A stretch of 64,000 nucleotides of DNA from Eledone cirrhosa (GCA_964016885.1 OZ024757.1:22444001-22508000), one strand, 5' to 3'. Positions 1 through 11,254 are shown, counted from the first letter of the stretch. Program-made: numbers and translations. Notes: a model not told the origin generated them from the letters alone.

Positions 1-264
1 ATATATATATATTCTGGCACTATAGGTTTCCATACTTTTCCTTTAATCATATCAACAGTTCCAACTTTTGGTTTCGTCATTTTTTGTTGTTTTTTTTCCT
101 CCCTTTATCTTTTATCTTTACACCTAAATGGAAGAGCTCAGAAATTCTAACATCGTTTGAAGAATAGTTTACCGTATTTTGAAATTCCTTTCATATATGA
201 GTGTGTGTATATGTGTGTGTGCATGTGCATGTGCATGTGTATATATATATATATATATATATAT

Positions 265-595
265 TGAGATGAGCGGAACAAATAAATATTAAACATTCTT
301 TTAAAATAAATTAAAATACAATTTAAATATTCACCTGTCTAAATTGCTTTTACCGACGGTTTTGCCTCACAAAAGATTGGAAATCCAAAGGACTTTCAAT
401 GGAAAGATCGGCTCTTCAGAAAGCTATTTCCATTACATAGGACTTAAAGTCCCATAGCAAGCAAATACACCGGTAACAGCCAGCTAGTGAAAGATCGAGT
501 GGGCCGTTAAAATGACCTACACGTGATCCAGCCGTCTAGTGAAAGCGGGAATATTATAGACTTGTCAAACTACTAAAAATAGCAGCTAGGCACAA
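265..595 (-). mobile_element. Penelope-like (PLE) terminal-repeat remnant next to (TA)n; homologous to 36250-36552
   Basis: The reverse complement shares CCGTCGGTAAAAGCAA, TAGCTGCTATTTTTAGT and TCCGCT(C/T)A(T/A)CTCAAT blocks with 36250-36552, and it contains a hammerhead motif. Confidence 0.6.
346..424 (-). ncRNA. Type I hammerhead ribozyme motif, core mutated (GAAA>AAAA)
   Basis: Minus strand reads GCTTT-CTGAAGA-GCC..GGC-AAAA-CCGTCGG-TA-AAAGC. Stem I is GCTTT/AAAGC and stem III is CCG/CGG. Confidence 0.6.
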
Positions 596-625
596 CTTTC
601 TTTTCTCTACACATGGGAGAATATA

Positions 626-935
626 CATCATCATCATCATTTTACGTCCGCTTTTCCCTGCTTGCAAGGGTGGGACGGGAACTGATTCTGGCTTGATTTC
701 TACAGCTGGATGCCCTTCCTAACACCAACCTCATTTACAGTGAGTGCTGGGTGCTTTGTATCTGTGGCACCTACACGCCCACTTTACAGTGAGTGCTGGG
801 TGCTTTTTTGCCATGGCACTTCCACGACTACTTTGCAGTGGAATGATAGGGACCCCAGTCCCTATCATCTCATTTCTACAGCTGAGTAAACTGGAGCAAT
901 GTGAAATAAAGTGTCTTGCTCAAGGAAACAACACA
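626..935 (-). mobile_element. SINE family A (short RTE-type tail), head truncated
   Basis: Near-identical to full copies at 2175-2506, 19556-19937 and 49921-50311; ends in a (GAT)n tail. Confidence 0.9.
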
Positions 936-985
936 TATATATATATATATACATAGGGGTGTGTGATATATATATATGTATCTAT

Positions 986-1277
986 AGGACCCTTCTCTTG
1001 TGCCAAGAGAGCTTCCAACAGAAATGGTCGCATTCTTTAAGGGTATGTCAATATTTATTTATAAAACTGATCTATATTATATTTTATTTGATGAAAGCGC
1101 ACCATAATTTGACTTGGTGTCCTTGAAATATGTATAATGAAATAAATATGGTTTTATAAATATAGTTTCCATTTGTTAATATATTGTATTTTTACTCCAA
1201 TAATTTGTTGAGTGCTTTATATCAGTTATAAAAATATTTGCTTGTTGTATCCCAACAATTTAAATATAACTTCTACA
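986..1277 (+). mobile_element. (TA)n-flanked PLE-like insert with hammerhead; same family as 9320-9705
   Basis: Shares AATGGTCGCATT and GAAATATGTATAATGAAATAAATATGGTTTTATAAATATAGTTTCCATTT with 9530-9705. Confidence 0.7.
1080..1144 (+). ncRNA. Minimal hammerhead motif, C3>T mutated
   Basis: TATTTTAT-TTGATGA-stem II (GCACCA/TGGTGT)-GAAA-TATGTA-TA-ATGAAATA. Confidence 0.6.
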
Positions 1278-1692
1278 TATATATATATATATATATTTGC
1301 AAGCAGGGAAAAGCGGACGTAAAATGATGATGATGATATATATATATATATATATATAGACATATTCATTCATACACACACGATGATGATGATGATGGTG
1401 GGTGCATGTGTACATGAGAGTGTATATGAAATCAATAGAAAATCGATATCTTGTCTGACACATGAGCTCACAGCATGGGTATATGGCACAGTATTTGACA
1501 TTGTAAGCTTATTCATCCCTAAAGGTATTGGTGTGTACCATTAACTCTATTTGCTTCAGTTTATTTTGGCAAATAACACAATCTAGGCTGTCTGGGAAAT
1601 TAACATTCAATAAATCATCAAGTTATGTAGATGAATTTGCCCAGTGGCCTCATCAGTGGAATTTGGTAGATGGAAAGTTTACAGGACACCAG

Positions 1693-1736
<44 letters not shown>

Positions 1737-2033
1737 TGCCCCCTCATTATTGAGTATGGCCATTGCATGATACCATTATTAATAATTATTTATTAATTCT
1801 ATCGTGCAATGCCTGTGCGTGAATATATCTTTTTAAAGTGAGGAAAGACTGTGCACTGAGCCAATCCCACTCTCCGAGCGACAGTAGCTATAACACGAAA
1901 AGAAGAAAAGATCAACATCATCGGTAACTACTGAGCTGCAGGTTTTATATTGGAGTTATCCCAATTACCTGAGTTTCACAGTTCTTATGCTTTACAAAAG
2001 TAGAATGATGGAGGGTTTGAGATTATTCTCGCA

Positions 2034-2074
<41 letters not shown>

Positions 2075-2174
2075 TATATATATATATAATTAACAGATTA
2101 AGATGATAAAAATAAGTTTTTAAATAGTTTAATTCTTACAAATGTTTCAGTGGAAATTCTTTTCCTCAAACACA

Positions 2175-2506
2175 CATCATCATCTTATGTCCACTTTTCC
2201 CTGCTTGCAAGGGTGGGACGGGAACTGATTCTGGCTTGATTTCTACAGCTGGATGCCCTTCCTAACACCAACCTCATTTACAGTGAGTGCTGGGTGCTTC
2301 TTTTGCCGTGGCACCTCCACGAGCACTTTGCAGTGGAATAATATGGACCCCAGTCCCTATCATCTCATTTCTACTGCTGAGTAAACTGGAGCAATGTGAA
2401 ATAAAGTGTCTTACTCAAGGAAACAACACATCACCCGGTCTGAGAATTGAACTCACAACCTTTCAATTGCAAGGCCAATGCTCTAACCACTAAGCCATGT
2501 GCCTCC
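2175..2506 (-). mobile_element. Full-length tRNA-derived SINE family A
   Basis: Head GGAGGCACATGGCTTAGTGGTTAGAGCA (A box) and GAGTTCAATTCTC (B box), body TTGAGTAAGACACTTTAT, tail GTTAGGAAGGGCATCCAGCTGTAGAAA then (GAT)n. Confidence 0.9.
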
Positions 2507-2605
2507 ATTAATAATGTGAAAAGGAAAAGTGCATATATTTATTCCAGTTAAATATGATCATAAAAGGTTAGTATCAGATGAATGTACATGTTCTCATTTT
2601 AGTGA

Positions 2606-2940
2606 CTGGCTAAAGACCCCCTGTGGTCACGAATGACCATGGGATTTGCACCTAGAAAGCTCTCCTCCGAGGCACAAGTCCGGGCAAGGTTGTTTGAGGA
2701 AGACCAGCAGTCACCCATATATACCAGTCTTCCCTTTCCATGCCACCGATGTTGTCCAAGAGAAAGGCAATGGTTGACACAGCTTGGCATCAGTGACTTC
2801 ACAATTCATATCTACCGCTGCGTAAACTCGAGCAACGTGAAACAAAGTGTCTTGCTCAAGAACACAACACACAGCCCAGTCCGAGAATCAAACTCAACCT
2901 CATGATTGTAAGCCAAACGCTCTAACCATTAAGCCATGCA
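2606..2940 (-). mobile_element. tRNA-derived SINE family C (head like family A, different 3' half)
   Basis: A and B boxes and TTGAGCAAGACACTTT; the 3' half matches 43930-44135 (AACCTTGC..GACTT..GTGCCTC..CCATGGTCATT). Confidence 0.8.
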
Positions 2941-3175
2941 TCTTTCTTTTATTGACTACCTACTGTATATTATACAGTAATGACTTTCACAGGAATGATT
3001 TGTTTTGCTTTCATACAAATGAAACAGTTCTCGATCTGTAGAAGTCATTTCAATATATAATAAATAGGCCACTTATTTAGTAATGTATTGAGTACTTGAT
3101 TTAACTGTGGAGGTTTTCTTATTCCCTTCAAGAAATCATCCAATCCTTCTATTTCTTTTTTAGTTTCTCATTTTT

Positions 3176-3211
3176 TCTTCTGATGAAGGACTAGCATCTG
3201 AAATGTTAAGA
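3176..3211 (+). ncRNA. Minimal hammerhead ribozyme motif (PLE type)
   Basis: TCTT-CTGATGA-AGGACTAGCATCT-GAAA-TG-TT-AAGA. Same family as 19969-20004 and 43478-43511. Confidence 0.65.
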
Positions 3212-3484
3212 CCCTCTTCCTGCTATTTCAAGCATTAAACTAATATATTCCTTCCATGAACTGTGCCGTTTGTTTTGTCATTTTGTTATTTCTGTTTACA
3301 TTTTACACAGACACACACACTCATATATATATATATATATATATAAAATTTAGAAGTTTACATACACATAAACTAGACAGAGCCATATATATATATATAT
3401 ATATATATATGTTTTTGGCAACCATTCACGGTGTGGCCCAATGACAAATTAATTAATTAAATAATGAACAATCAGAGCAATATA

Positions 3485-4068
3485 TAAGAAAGTAAGTCCA
3501 TAGAATCATTAGATAAAATATATACAGTATTTCTTCTCCCAATCAGCATAATCAACCATACAAAAAATCATTTAAACGATACCACTAGCCACGTGACAAT
3601 TCTTAGTCATTTTGAATTCGTTTCTGGCGGGATCATTTAAAAAAAAATGTTCGTCCAATTGAGTTTGTCTCCTGATGATTTCGAAACTCGTTGATTTATC
3701 CAAGATCGGATATTTCCAAAAAGCGAATGAAATCTCCGGGGGTAGAGATATATTTGATGATGTTGGTATGTTTATGTACACTTTTTCTTCTAACTTTAAT
3801 TTTGTACCTAATTGTGTATGGTTAACTGTATGTCTAGTCAATTTCTACAGGCTATCAGATATACTAGGTAAATCTTCTGTGGCTGTGAATCGCGGATAAA
3901 AAGCTATCATTTATTTATCTATTATTTCTTCATAGGTATATTTTAAACTTATAGCCTCGTTTAAATGATTTTTTTGTATGGTTGTATGGTTGATTATGCT
4001 GATTGGGAGAAGAAATACTGTATATATTTTATCTAATGATTCTATGGACTTACTTACTTTCTTTCTTT
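3485..4068. mobile_element. Insert with ~95-bp terminal inverted repeats, (TA)n-adjacent, probably PLE-derived
   Basis: 3485-3579 is the reverse complement of about 3957-4065 (AAGTAAGTCCATAGAATCATTAGATAAAATATATACAGTATTTCTTCTCCCAATCAGCATAATCAACCATACA). Confidence 0.75.
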
Positions 4069-4379
4069 ATATATATATATATATGATTTTTAATGCAATG
4101 AAATATCTATGATCGTTGGCAAATCACTGATGAGGGACTCATTTTATAACATGTTATCCATGTGCAACCTGCAGTATTCTTCTCCCCATTTGTTCACACA
4201 TATATATATATATATATATTATATATACTACTCCTACTACTACTATGACAGGTGTTACTCACAATCGAGTATGACTTGGTAGCAGGTACAATAGTTTTGA
4301 GTGTTTTAGGTGCTGATGCAGTCCCAAACTGACACAGACACCCTCTCAACCCTCTCCTCTTTCATCTGTTAACAGCTGG

Positions 4380-4560
4380 AATGAGAGAAAGGGCTACCCC
4401 AACACTGGGTGGCTACTTTCTTTATTGACCCCCAAAAGGATGACAGGCAAAGAAGACCACAGGGGGGGGGGGTTCAACTCAGAACATAAAGGGCTGTAAC
4501 TAAATACTAGAAAGTATTTTGTCCGATGCTCTACTGACTTTACCAATTATCTGCCCTTAT
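4380..4560 (-). mobile_element. Degenerate SINE family B
   Basis: TTATTGACCCCCAAAAGGATGACAGGCAAAG..AACTCAGAAC resembles the family B core. Confidence 0.6.
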
Positions 4561-4709
4561 ATGGTTATATACAATGGCTTTTGATTTAGCACAAGACCAA
4601 CAATTTGGGGGTTGGGTGAGGAGAAAGTTGATTAAATTGACCCCAGTGCATACACACATACACACATATACATACATACATGCACACACATACATGCACT
4701 CACACACAT

Positions 4710-4770
<61 letters not shown>

Positions 4771-5424
4771 ATACCATGCTCCATAATGTTAATACACTGT
4801 TTTCTTTTCAGATCTGATGTTAATAGAGAATTGACTTAATTAACTAATTCTTGTTCTACAATAGAAACCATCTTTTCTGAGAAAATATGTAATATACCTA
4901 ATATATACCTGACTAGAAACTTGCCAAGTTCTTTGCTTAGAAATCATTCTACCACATGGAATATAATTAAATTACCAACCCCAGGTTGACATTAAGGTGA
5001 GGTGAGGTGAGATGAGGTGAGATGAGTTGAGCAGTGAAAGGAAATTCAGAAACATGAATAAATAAGAATGAACGAAAAACGTATGTAATAAATTCTAACA
5101 CATTTGTAGTTATTCCAACTCAACCCTAGAGAACTATATAACTTTGGACTATCAAACCAGCTTGCTTATATACAAGAAAGAGAACAATGTTCCATATTTG
5201 GTCATTTCCTATTCATTAAAGTTAGTTATTAATTCTGTTATTCATGAAGACAGAAGGGGTCTGTAGGCCAAGCAGGAACTTTAATTATGATTTTCAATTA
5301 AGCTCTTCCTGTTGTAAGCCCTCTACTTCACTGAACAATATACTGTAAAGATTTTCAATAAACAATGTTACAAAAATCATATCAATATACACGTGTCTTT
5401 CTCTTTTATTGATTGTGCTGTGTG

Positions 5425-5425
5425 A

Positions 5426-5456
<31 letters not shown>

Positions 5457-5665
5457 TGCACATATACATATATATAAATATATATATGTATATATGCACA
5501 AATATATGCACATATATATAAATATATATATGTATATATGCACAAATATATGCACATATACATATATATAAATATATATATGCACATATATATGCACATA
5601 TACATATATATAAATATATATATATATAAATATCTATATATGCATTCATATATATATATATATGT
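5425..5665. repeat. Compound (TA)n microsatellite with a recurrent TATATGCACA motif
   Basis: Seen directly in the sequence. Confidence 0.9.
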
Positions 5666-5666
5666 G

Positions 5667-6705
5667 TGTGGGTATATAAGGGATGTAGTGGGATCTCAGG
5701 AAGCTTAACTAAGAATGTAGGCTTCACATGTAACAGCTGCGCTGGGACAGCAAGATGCAAACAGCCACAGGAAACAAGCACCACCAAACTCTGGAATGGC
5801 TCTGTAGAAACACTAGACAGCTTCTGCTACCTAGGTGACCGAATTAGCAGCGGAGGTGGGTGTTCGGAAAGTACAATAACTAGGGTAAGAACGGGATGGA
5901 ACAAGTTCAGGGAGCTACTGCCACTGCTAGCTGCAAAAGGCTTTTCCCTCAAAATGAAGGGCAGACTGTATGATGCGTGTATACGAACAGCAATGTTACA
6001 TGGAAGTGAAACCTGGGCGCTGTCTGTGGAAGACTTGCGTAGATTAGAAAGAAACGAAGCCTGCATGCTCCGATAGATGTGTAATAGTAATATACTCGAA
6101 CGGCAAAGCATAAACGAATTGAGAGAGAGACTGAGCATAAGAGGAATCAAATTCTGTGTGCAGGAGAGGTGTTGCATTGGTATGGACATGTGATGCGTAT
6201 GAAGGATGACAGCTGCATAAAAAGGTGCAGAGCCCTAGAAGTCAATGGAAGCCGCGTAGTGGGGAGACACAAGAAGACCTGGGGTGAGGTGATAAAAGCC
6301 GACCGTAACCAATTACACCTCTCAAAGGCGATGACACACGACTGTGTCCTCTGGCGTCACGCAGTAATACAGAAGACCCGACCCCCCACAGGAAGAAGCT
6401 GAAGCATATAGACAATATGCCCCCTACCCCCTCCCACTGCAAAGTGGTCATGGAGGTGCCACAGCAAAAAAAGCACCCAGCCCACACTGTAAAGTGGACG
6501 TGTAGGCACCACGGCAAAAAAGCACCCAGCACTAAGTGTAAATGAGGTTGGTGTTAGGAAGGGCATCCAGCTGTAGAAATCAAGCCAGAATCAGTTCCTG
6601 TATGAGCAAGACAAGGTCAGCCAACCGGACACTGCCCACAACAGGACAACCCGTCTAACCCATGCTAGCGTGGAAGAACGGACGTAAAACGGTGATGATG
6701 ATGAT
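5667..6705 (+). mobile_element. 5'-truncated RTE-clade LINE: RT C-terminal remnant plus 3' UTR with (GAT)n tail
   Basis: Translation shows SFCYLGDRISSGGGCSES..RVRTGWNKFRELLPLL..KGRLYDACIRTAMLHGSETW..LHWYGHVMRM..GRHKKTW. There is an in-frame stop at ~6074 and a frameshift at ~6170. Confidence 0.9.
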
Positions 6706-6743
6706 ATATGTAAGCATGGAAAAAAGACATTAAATGATGATGA

Positions 6744-6787
<44 letters not shown>

Positions 6788-6799
6788 GCACACACAAAC

Positions 6800-6852
<53 letters not shown>

Positions 6853-6974
6853 CAGTGACAAATATACACCTTTGCTAACAGGGAAAAAGGATGTTAAATG
6901 ATGCTGATGATGATGACACAGTGTCACTTGAGGTTTTATTTCCTGTCATATTCACCTCCCCTTTTATATCAAAC

Positions 6975-7440
6975 ACAAATACCTCATCCTACCCCCTTTC
7001 TCAGTATCATACTCTCACCCCTCTTCTCTCTCTCATACTCCTACTTCCTTTCTGTCATACTCCCACTCCTTTCTCTCACACTCATACCTCCTATACTTTC
7101 TCCTACTCCCTCTCTCTCTCTCATATTATCATCCCTTCTCTTTTGTACTTCCCCTCTTGCCATCTCTGATAATCCCACCCCCTTCCTCTCTCTCTCATAT
7201 CCCCCCACCCTGCTCTCTCTCTCTCTCTCTCTCTCTCCCTCTTTCTCTGTCATCATCCTCATAAATATCGCCATTATGTCCATCAACATCATTGTCATCA
7301 ATGTCATCATAAACATCATCACCATCATCAACATCACCATCACCGGCATCAAAAACATCATCATCATAAACATCATCATCATCATCATCAAAAGCATCAA
7401 CATCATCATCATCATGTTCATCATCATCATCATCCTCATC
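6975..7440. repeat. CT-rich low-complexity tract followed by degenerate (ATC)n
   Basis: Seen directly in the sequence. Confidence 0.85.
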
Positions 7441-7705
7441 AGCCCATCCCCAAAAGCTCAACTTGCCCTCCTCTACCTAACCAGGTTTGCCTATAATACC
7501 TAATTATGTTTATGCAGTAAAACAACAGCAACAGTCTCAAAACTCTATAAAGATTAATTAAATAAATTCAGAATTTGATTAGGAATATTGTAAATGAAAT
7601 GAAATTTACTATTCACACCTATGTAGGTTTAGCTGACTTCCTCTAAAGTTACAGCTCATAGAGGCTCGTCAGGCGTTTTAATTATATGGTCCCCAGTTGT
7701 ATCAT

Positions 7706-7774
<69 letters not shown>

Positions 7775-7776
<2 letters not shown>

Positions 7777-8020
7777 TTCAAAATGTTAACAAATGAAAAA
7801 TATTATTATATATATTTCAAAGGTACTGTGCTGTTTTTATCAGTATGTCCTCATCAGACAAAATATATGACTTGATATATGACATACCACTACAGTCTTG
7901 ATTAATCAATTCCCGTATTGACAATCAATACTCCAGGAAAACTTTTTTTCTAGTTGAGTGCTTCTAATCTATTGTAAAACTGTATTCGTTGAATCAACGA
8001 ACCATATTAATTTTTGGTTA
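7775..8020. mobile_element. (TA)n-flanked PLE-like insert with inverted 5' part; related to 8415-8840
   Basis: The left part carries a minus-strand hammerhead. The right part GTTGAGTGCTTCTAATCTATTGTAAAACT matches 8769-8797. Confidence 0.7.
7800..7866 (-). ncRNA. Hammerhead ribozyme motif, intact core
   Basis: ATATTTTGT-CTGATGA-GGACATACTG..CAGTACCTTT-GAAA-TATATA-TA-ATAATAT. Confidence 0.65.
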
Positions 8021-8036
8021 TATATATATATATATA

Positions 8037-8392
8037 CTCATTTAGGTTTGTTGATTCACCACTGGATAGAACTGGTCATTCCCTATGGTCAACCTCGATG
8101 TAATATTAGGGAGAGCACTCGACGTAATGCAACTCACCCGTCTTCGTTTGTGTTGTTGGTGGTGTGAGTACGGAGTTAATTATTATAAAATAACAGGAGG
8201 CTGGACTGGTGTAAATCCTTAAAAGGTTTATTATACTATGATCATTTCAATGACTGGGTTCAGTATGAATCCGGTGACATCATCAGGTATTCGAAATTTA
8301 ACAAAGGAATATAATCCATGGGGCTGAAAAGGCAGAGACAAGAAGGCGGCCACACATTTACCAGTTTCTAGTCAGGTCGGCCGCCTTATTTT
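8037..8392 (-). mobile_element. (TA)n-flanked PLE-like insert
   Basis: Bounded by TA arrays; contains a hammerhead and the ACTC..GTCGAGTGCT hairpin. Confidence 0.6.
8233..8290 (-). ncRNA. Hammerhead ribozyme motif, intact core
   Basis: ATAC-CTGATGA-..GGATTCA TAC TGAACCC..-GAAA-TGATCA-TA-GTAT, with a palindromic stem III. Confidence 0.65.
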
Positions 8393-8463
8393 ATAATATA
8401 TATATATATATATATAATATTAATTCAAAATATTAACAAAATAGATATTCTTGTGATCAAGTA

Positions 8464-8530
8464 TATTTTATTATACACATTTCAGAGGTACTGAGTTAAC
8501 TTCAACAGTAAGTCCTCATCAGATAAAATA
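8464..8530 (-). ncRNA. Hammerhead ribozyme motif (left arm)
   Basis: TATTTTAT-CTGATGA-GGACTTACTG..CAGTACCTCT-GAAA-TGTGTA-TA-ATAAAATA. Confidence 0.7.
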
Positions 8531-8630
8531 AGATGATGCATGACATACCCTGACATAGTAGATGGTTAAGATTCACTACCATGACTGAATCTTAACCATC
8601 TACTCTGTCAGGGTATGTCATGCATCATCT

Positions 8631-8697
8631 TATTTTATCTGATGAGGACGTACTGTTGAAGTTAACTCAGTACCTCTGAAATATGTATAATAAAATA
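8631..8697 (+). ncRNA. Hammerhead ribozyme motif (right arm)
   Basis: TATTTTAT-CTGATGA-GGACGTACTG..CAGTACCTCT-GAAA-TATGTA-TA-ATAAAATA, with a perfect 8-bp stem I. Confidence 0.75.
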
Positions 8698-8834
8698 TAC
8701 TTGATCACAAGAATATCTATTTTATTAATATTTTGAATTAATATTAATAACTCTGGAAAACCATTTTTGTTGAGTGCTTCCAATCTATTGTAAAACTCAT
8801 TCTTTGATGTATTCATTGAACCTTGTTTAACCTT

Positions 8835-8886
<52 letters not shown>

Positions 8887-8975
8887 GTTAGACCAGTATA
8901 TGCAATTAGTGTTTAGTCTAACTCATGCATGCAAGTTTGAGAACGCCAACATGAAATGATGATAATAATTATAAA

Positions 8976-9052
8976 CAGGGCGTGCCAAAAAAATGTATAC
9001 ACACTTCAACAGCATTCTCATAAAAGTGAGTATATATTTTTGGAGGACACCC

Positions 9053-9054
<2 letters not shown>
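8976..9054. mobile_element. ~78-bp Tc1/mariner-like MITE
   Basis: TIRs CAGGG(C/T)GT(G/C)C..AAAA / TTTT..GGACACCCTG; second copy at 30140-30213. Confidence 0.75.
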
Positions 9055-9094
<40 letters not shown>

Positions 9095-9159
9095 TATGAT
9101 GTATATAAAGATGGTGGTATATATATATATATATAATGATGATGATTATATATATAGAG

Positions 9160-9300
9160 AGAGATCAGGATTTAGCCAGTTTTAAACTAGTAACATTATT
9201 AATTAGCAGAGTACTCAATACTTGGGATAGTTTGAGTGTAAATATATTAGAGAGGTGGGGCCCGACGGCTGAGCTCTTGCTGTTTCAACAGCAAATTGAA
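9160..9300 (-). mobile_element. PLE-like 3' fragment (family of 16640-16840) with the 3' half of a hammerhead
   Basis: Minus strand GAAACAGCAAGAGCTCAGCCGTCGGG resembles GAAACGGTTTGAGCTCTGCCGTCGGGG, followed by ACTC..AGTATTGAGTACT. Confidence 0.6.
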
Positions 9301-9450
9301 TATATATATATATATATATGCAAAAGTTCTATTTAAAATTGTTGGCATACAACAAGTAAATATTTTTATAACTGATATAAAGCACTCGACAAGTATTTGG
9401 AGTAGATATACGATATTAATAAATGGAAACTATATTTATAAAACCATATT

Positions 9451-9515
9451 TATTTCATTATACATATTTCAGGGATACCAAATTAAATTATGGTATGCCT
9501 TCATCAGACCAAATA
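9451..9515 (-). ncRNA. Hammerhead ribozyme motif, intact core
   Basis: TATTTGGT-CTGATGA-AGGCATACCA..TGGTATCCCT-GAAA-TATGTA-TA-ATGAAATA. Confidence 0.7.
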
Positions 9516-9600
9516 CAATATATAACAGTTGGCTTCCAAAAATAATGGTCGCATTTTAAAAGGGTACGTCAAAGCTTATTTGTAAAACTGTTATATATTG

Positions 9601-9665
9601 TATTTTGTCTGATGAAGGCATACCATAATTTAATTTGGTATCCCTGGAATATGTATAATGAAATA
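9601..9665 (+). ncRNA. Hammerhead motif, GAAA>GGAA mutated
   Basis: Mirror copy of 9451-9515 with one core substitution. Confidence 0.6.
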
Positions 9666-10064
9666 AATATGGTTTTATAAATATAGTTTCCATTTATTAA
9701 TATCATATATATATATATAGTGAAAAATGGAACGGGAACAAAACAGAGAGGCATTACAAACAAAGGTTTATTAGTTTCACGCTCTTGAGAGTGGGGGGTG
9801 GGGAACATATATATATATATATATGGTTGTAACAGGTCAGGCTTATGTGGATTTAGCTGGCCTCATGCTAGCTTACATCTCATAGGTTTCTGGGGTGTTT
9901 TAATGATATGGGCCTCTGTACTATCCTGACAACCAACAGGAAATTAAGTCTCTTGCTAAAAAATACAACATACCACCTGAGCCAGGGATTGAACCCACAA
10001 TATAATGATTGTCAGCATCATACTCTAATCACTAGACTATATGTTTATCCATCAGATTATTCAT

Positions 10065-10795
10065 TTATAGGCCAACAATTTGAGGGGAGTGGGGAAGTCA
10101 ATTAAATCAACCCCAGTGCATTACTGGAGCTATATTCTGTCAACAGCCGTAAGGATGAAAAGCAAACCTAACCTCCGCAGAATGTAAAGGGCCATAGCTC
10201 TATGCAGCAAAACATGTCTGGCACTCTACTGATACTGATAATCCACCATCCTTAAACAATTATAATCACTACAACCACAATAACAGTCTTTTGTTTAGGC
10301 ACAAGGTCAACAAGTTGGAGGAGGGTAATGTCAATTAAATCGACCAAGGTGTAATATTGGTAATTTATATTATTGACCCTGCAAGGAAGAAAGGCAAAGC
10401 AAACCTCCGCAGAATTTGAACTCAGAATATAAAGGGCCATAACTATGTTACAAAGCATGTTGTCCAATGCTCTAATGATACTATCATTCTCCTGTCTTGA
10501 GGGAGCTGCAGGAGTGCCATATTGACATAAAGCATTTCAGGAGCATTTTTAAACCTGACGGAGTCCATCTCTCCAGGTCAGAATAGAGCACATTTCTTTC
10601 AGAGAAGAATAGAAAGTGATAGAGACGAAGTGAGAAATAGCTATAGAGGAAGAATCGACCCCAGTACTTGACTGGTACATTTTTATCTCGAATAGATGAA
10701 AGTTGACCTCGGCGGGATTTGAACTCAGAGAGCAGAGCACCTAAAACAAATACTGCAAAGCCTTCTATCCCACATTTTAATGACTCTGCCAATAT
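10065..10795 (-). mobile_element. Cluster of three degenerate SINE family B copies (one with an extended tail also seen at 24730-25280)
   Basis: Repeated AAGGATGAAA(G)GCAAA..ACCTC.GC.G.ATTTGAACTCAGA cores at ~10150, ~10385 and ~10695. Confidence 0.75.
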
Positions 10796-11207
10796 ACAGC
10801 TTAATACAAAATATACATTTATAGAAAAATCCACTAAACATATCTCAAGTAATTTATCAATATTAATGATGTATTCAAGTTGGCATTTTACTGTAACCTG
10901 AGGTTATATAATCTCAAGATAAAATTTTAATGTATCAAGATTTTAAATTTCATGTAGTTTTATATTTTGTCAATATAGGAAAATAATAATAATAATAATA
11001 ATTTAGAAATGTTACCATCACAGATGTAACCCCTGTACTCATCCATTCGTTTTTATACACCTACACACACACCTACACACACCTACACACAACTACACAC
11101 ACCTACACACAGAGTCATTTATTACATATCTCACAATGCTTCATAACTATACTAATATATATAGATGTGTGTGTGTGTGTATGTATATATATATATATAT
11201 ATATGTG

Positions 11208-11254
<47 letters not shown>

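Larger units (their letters stand above)
8415..8746. repeat. Long palindrome (161-bp arms, 10-nt loop) with a hammerhead in each arm
   Basis: 8415-8575 is the reverse complement of 8586-8746, with about 4 mismatches. Confidence 0.95.
9320..9705. mobile_element. (TA)n-flanked PLE-like insert with 119-bp inverted repeat arms (9412-9530 / 9586-9704)
   Basis: The arms are reverse complements and each carries a hammerhead motif; homologous to 986-1277. Confidence 0.85.

Noticed and set aside
3668-3695. CTGATGA-TTTC-GAAA-CTCG-TT as a hammerhead
   Set aside because: No stem II can form and stem I is only 2 bp; probably chance.
4120-4180. CTGATGAGGG hammerhead 5' half
   Set aside because: No downstream GAAA; too decayed to count.
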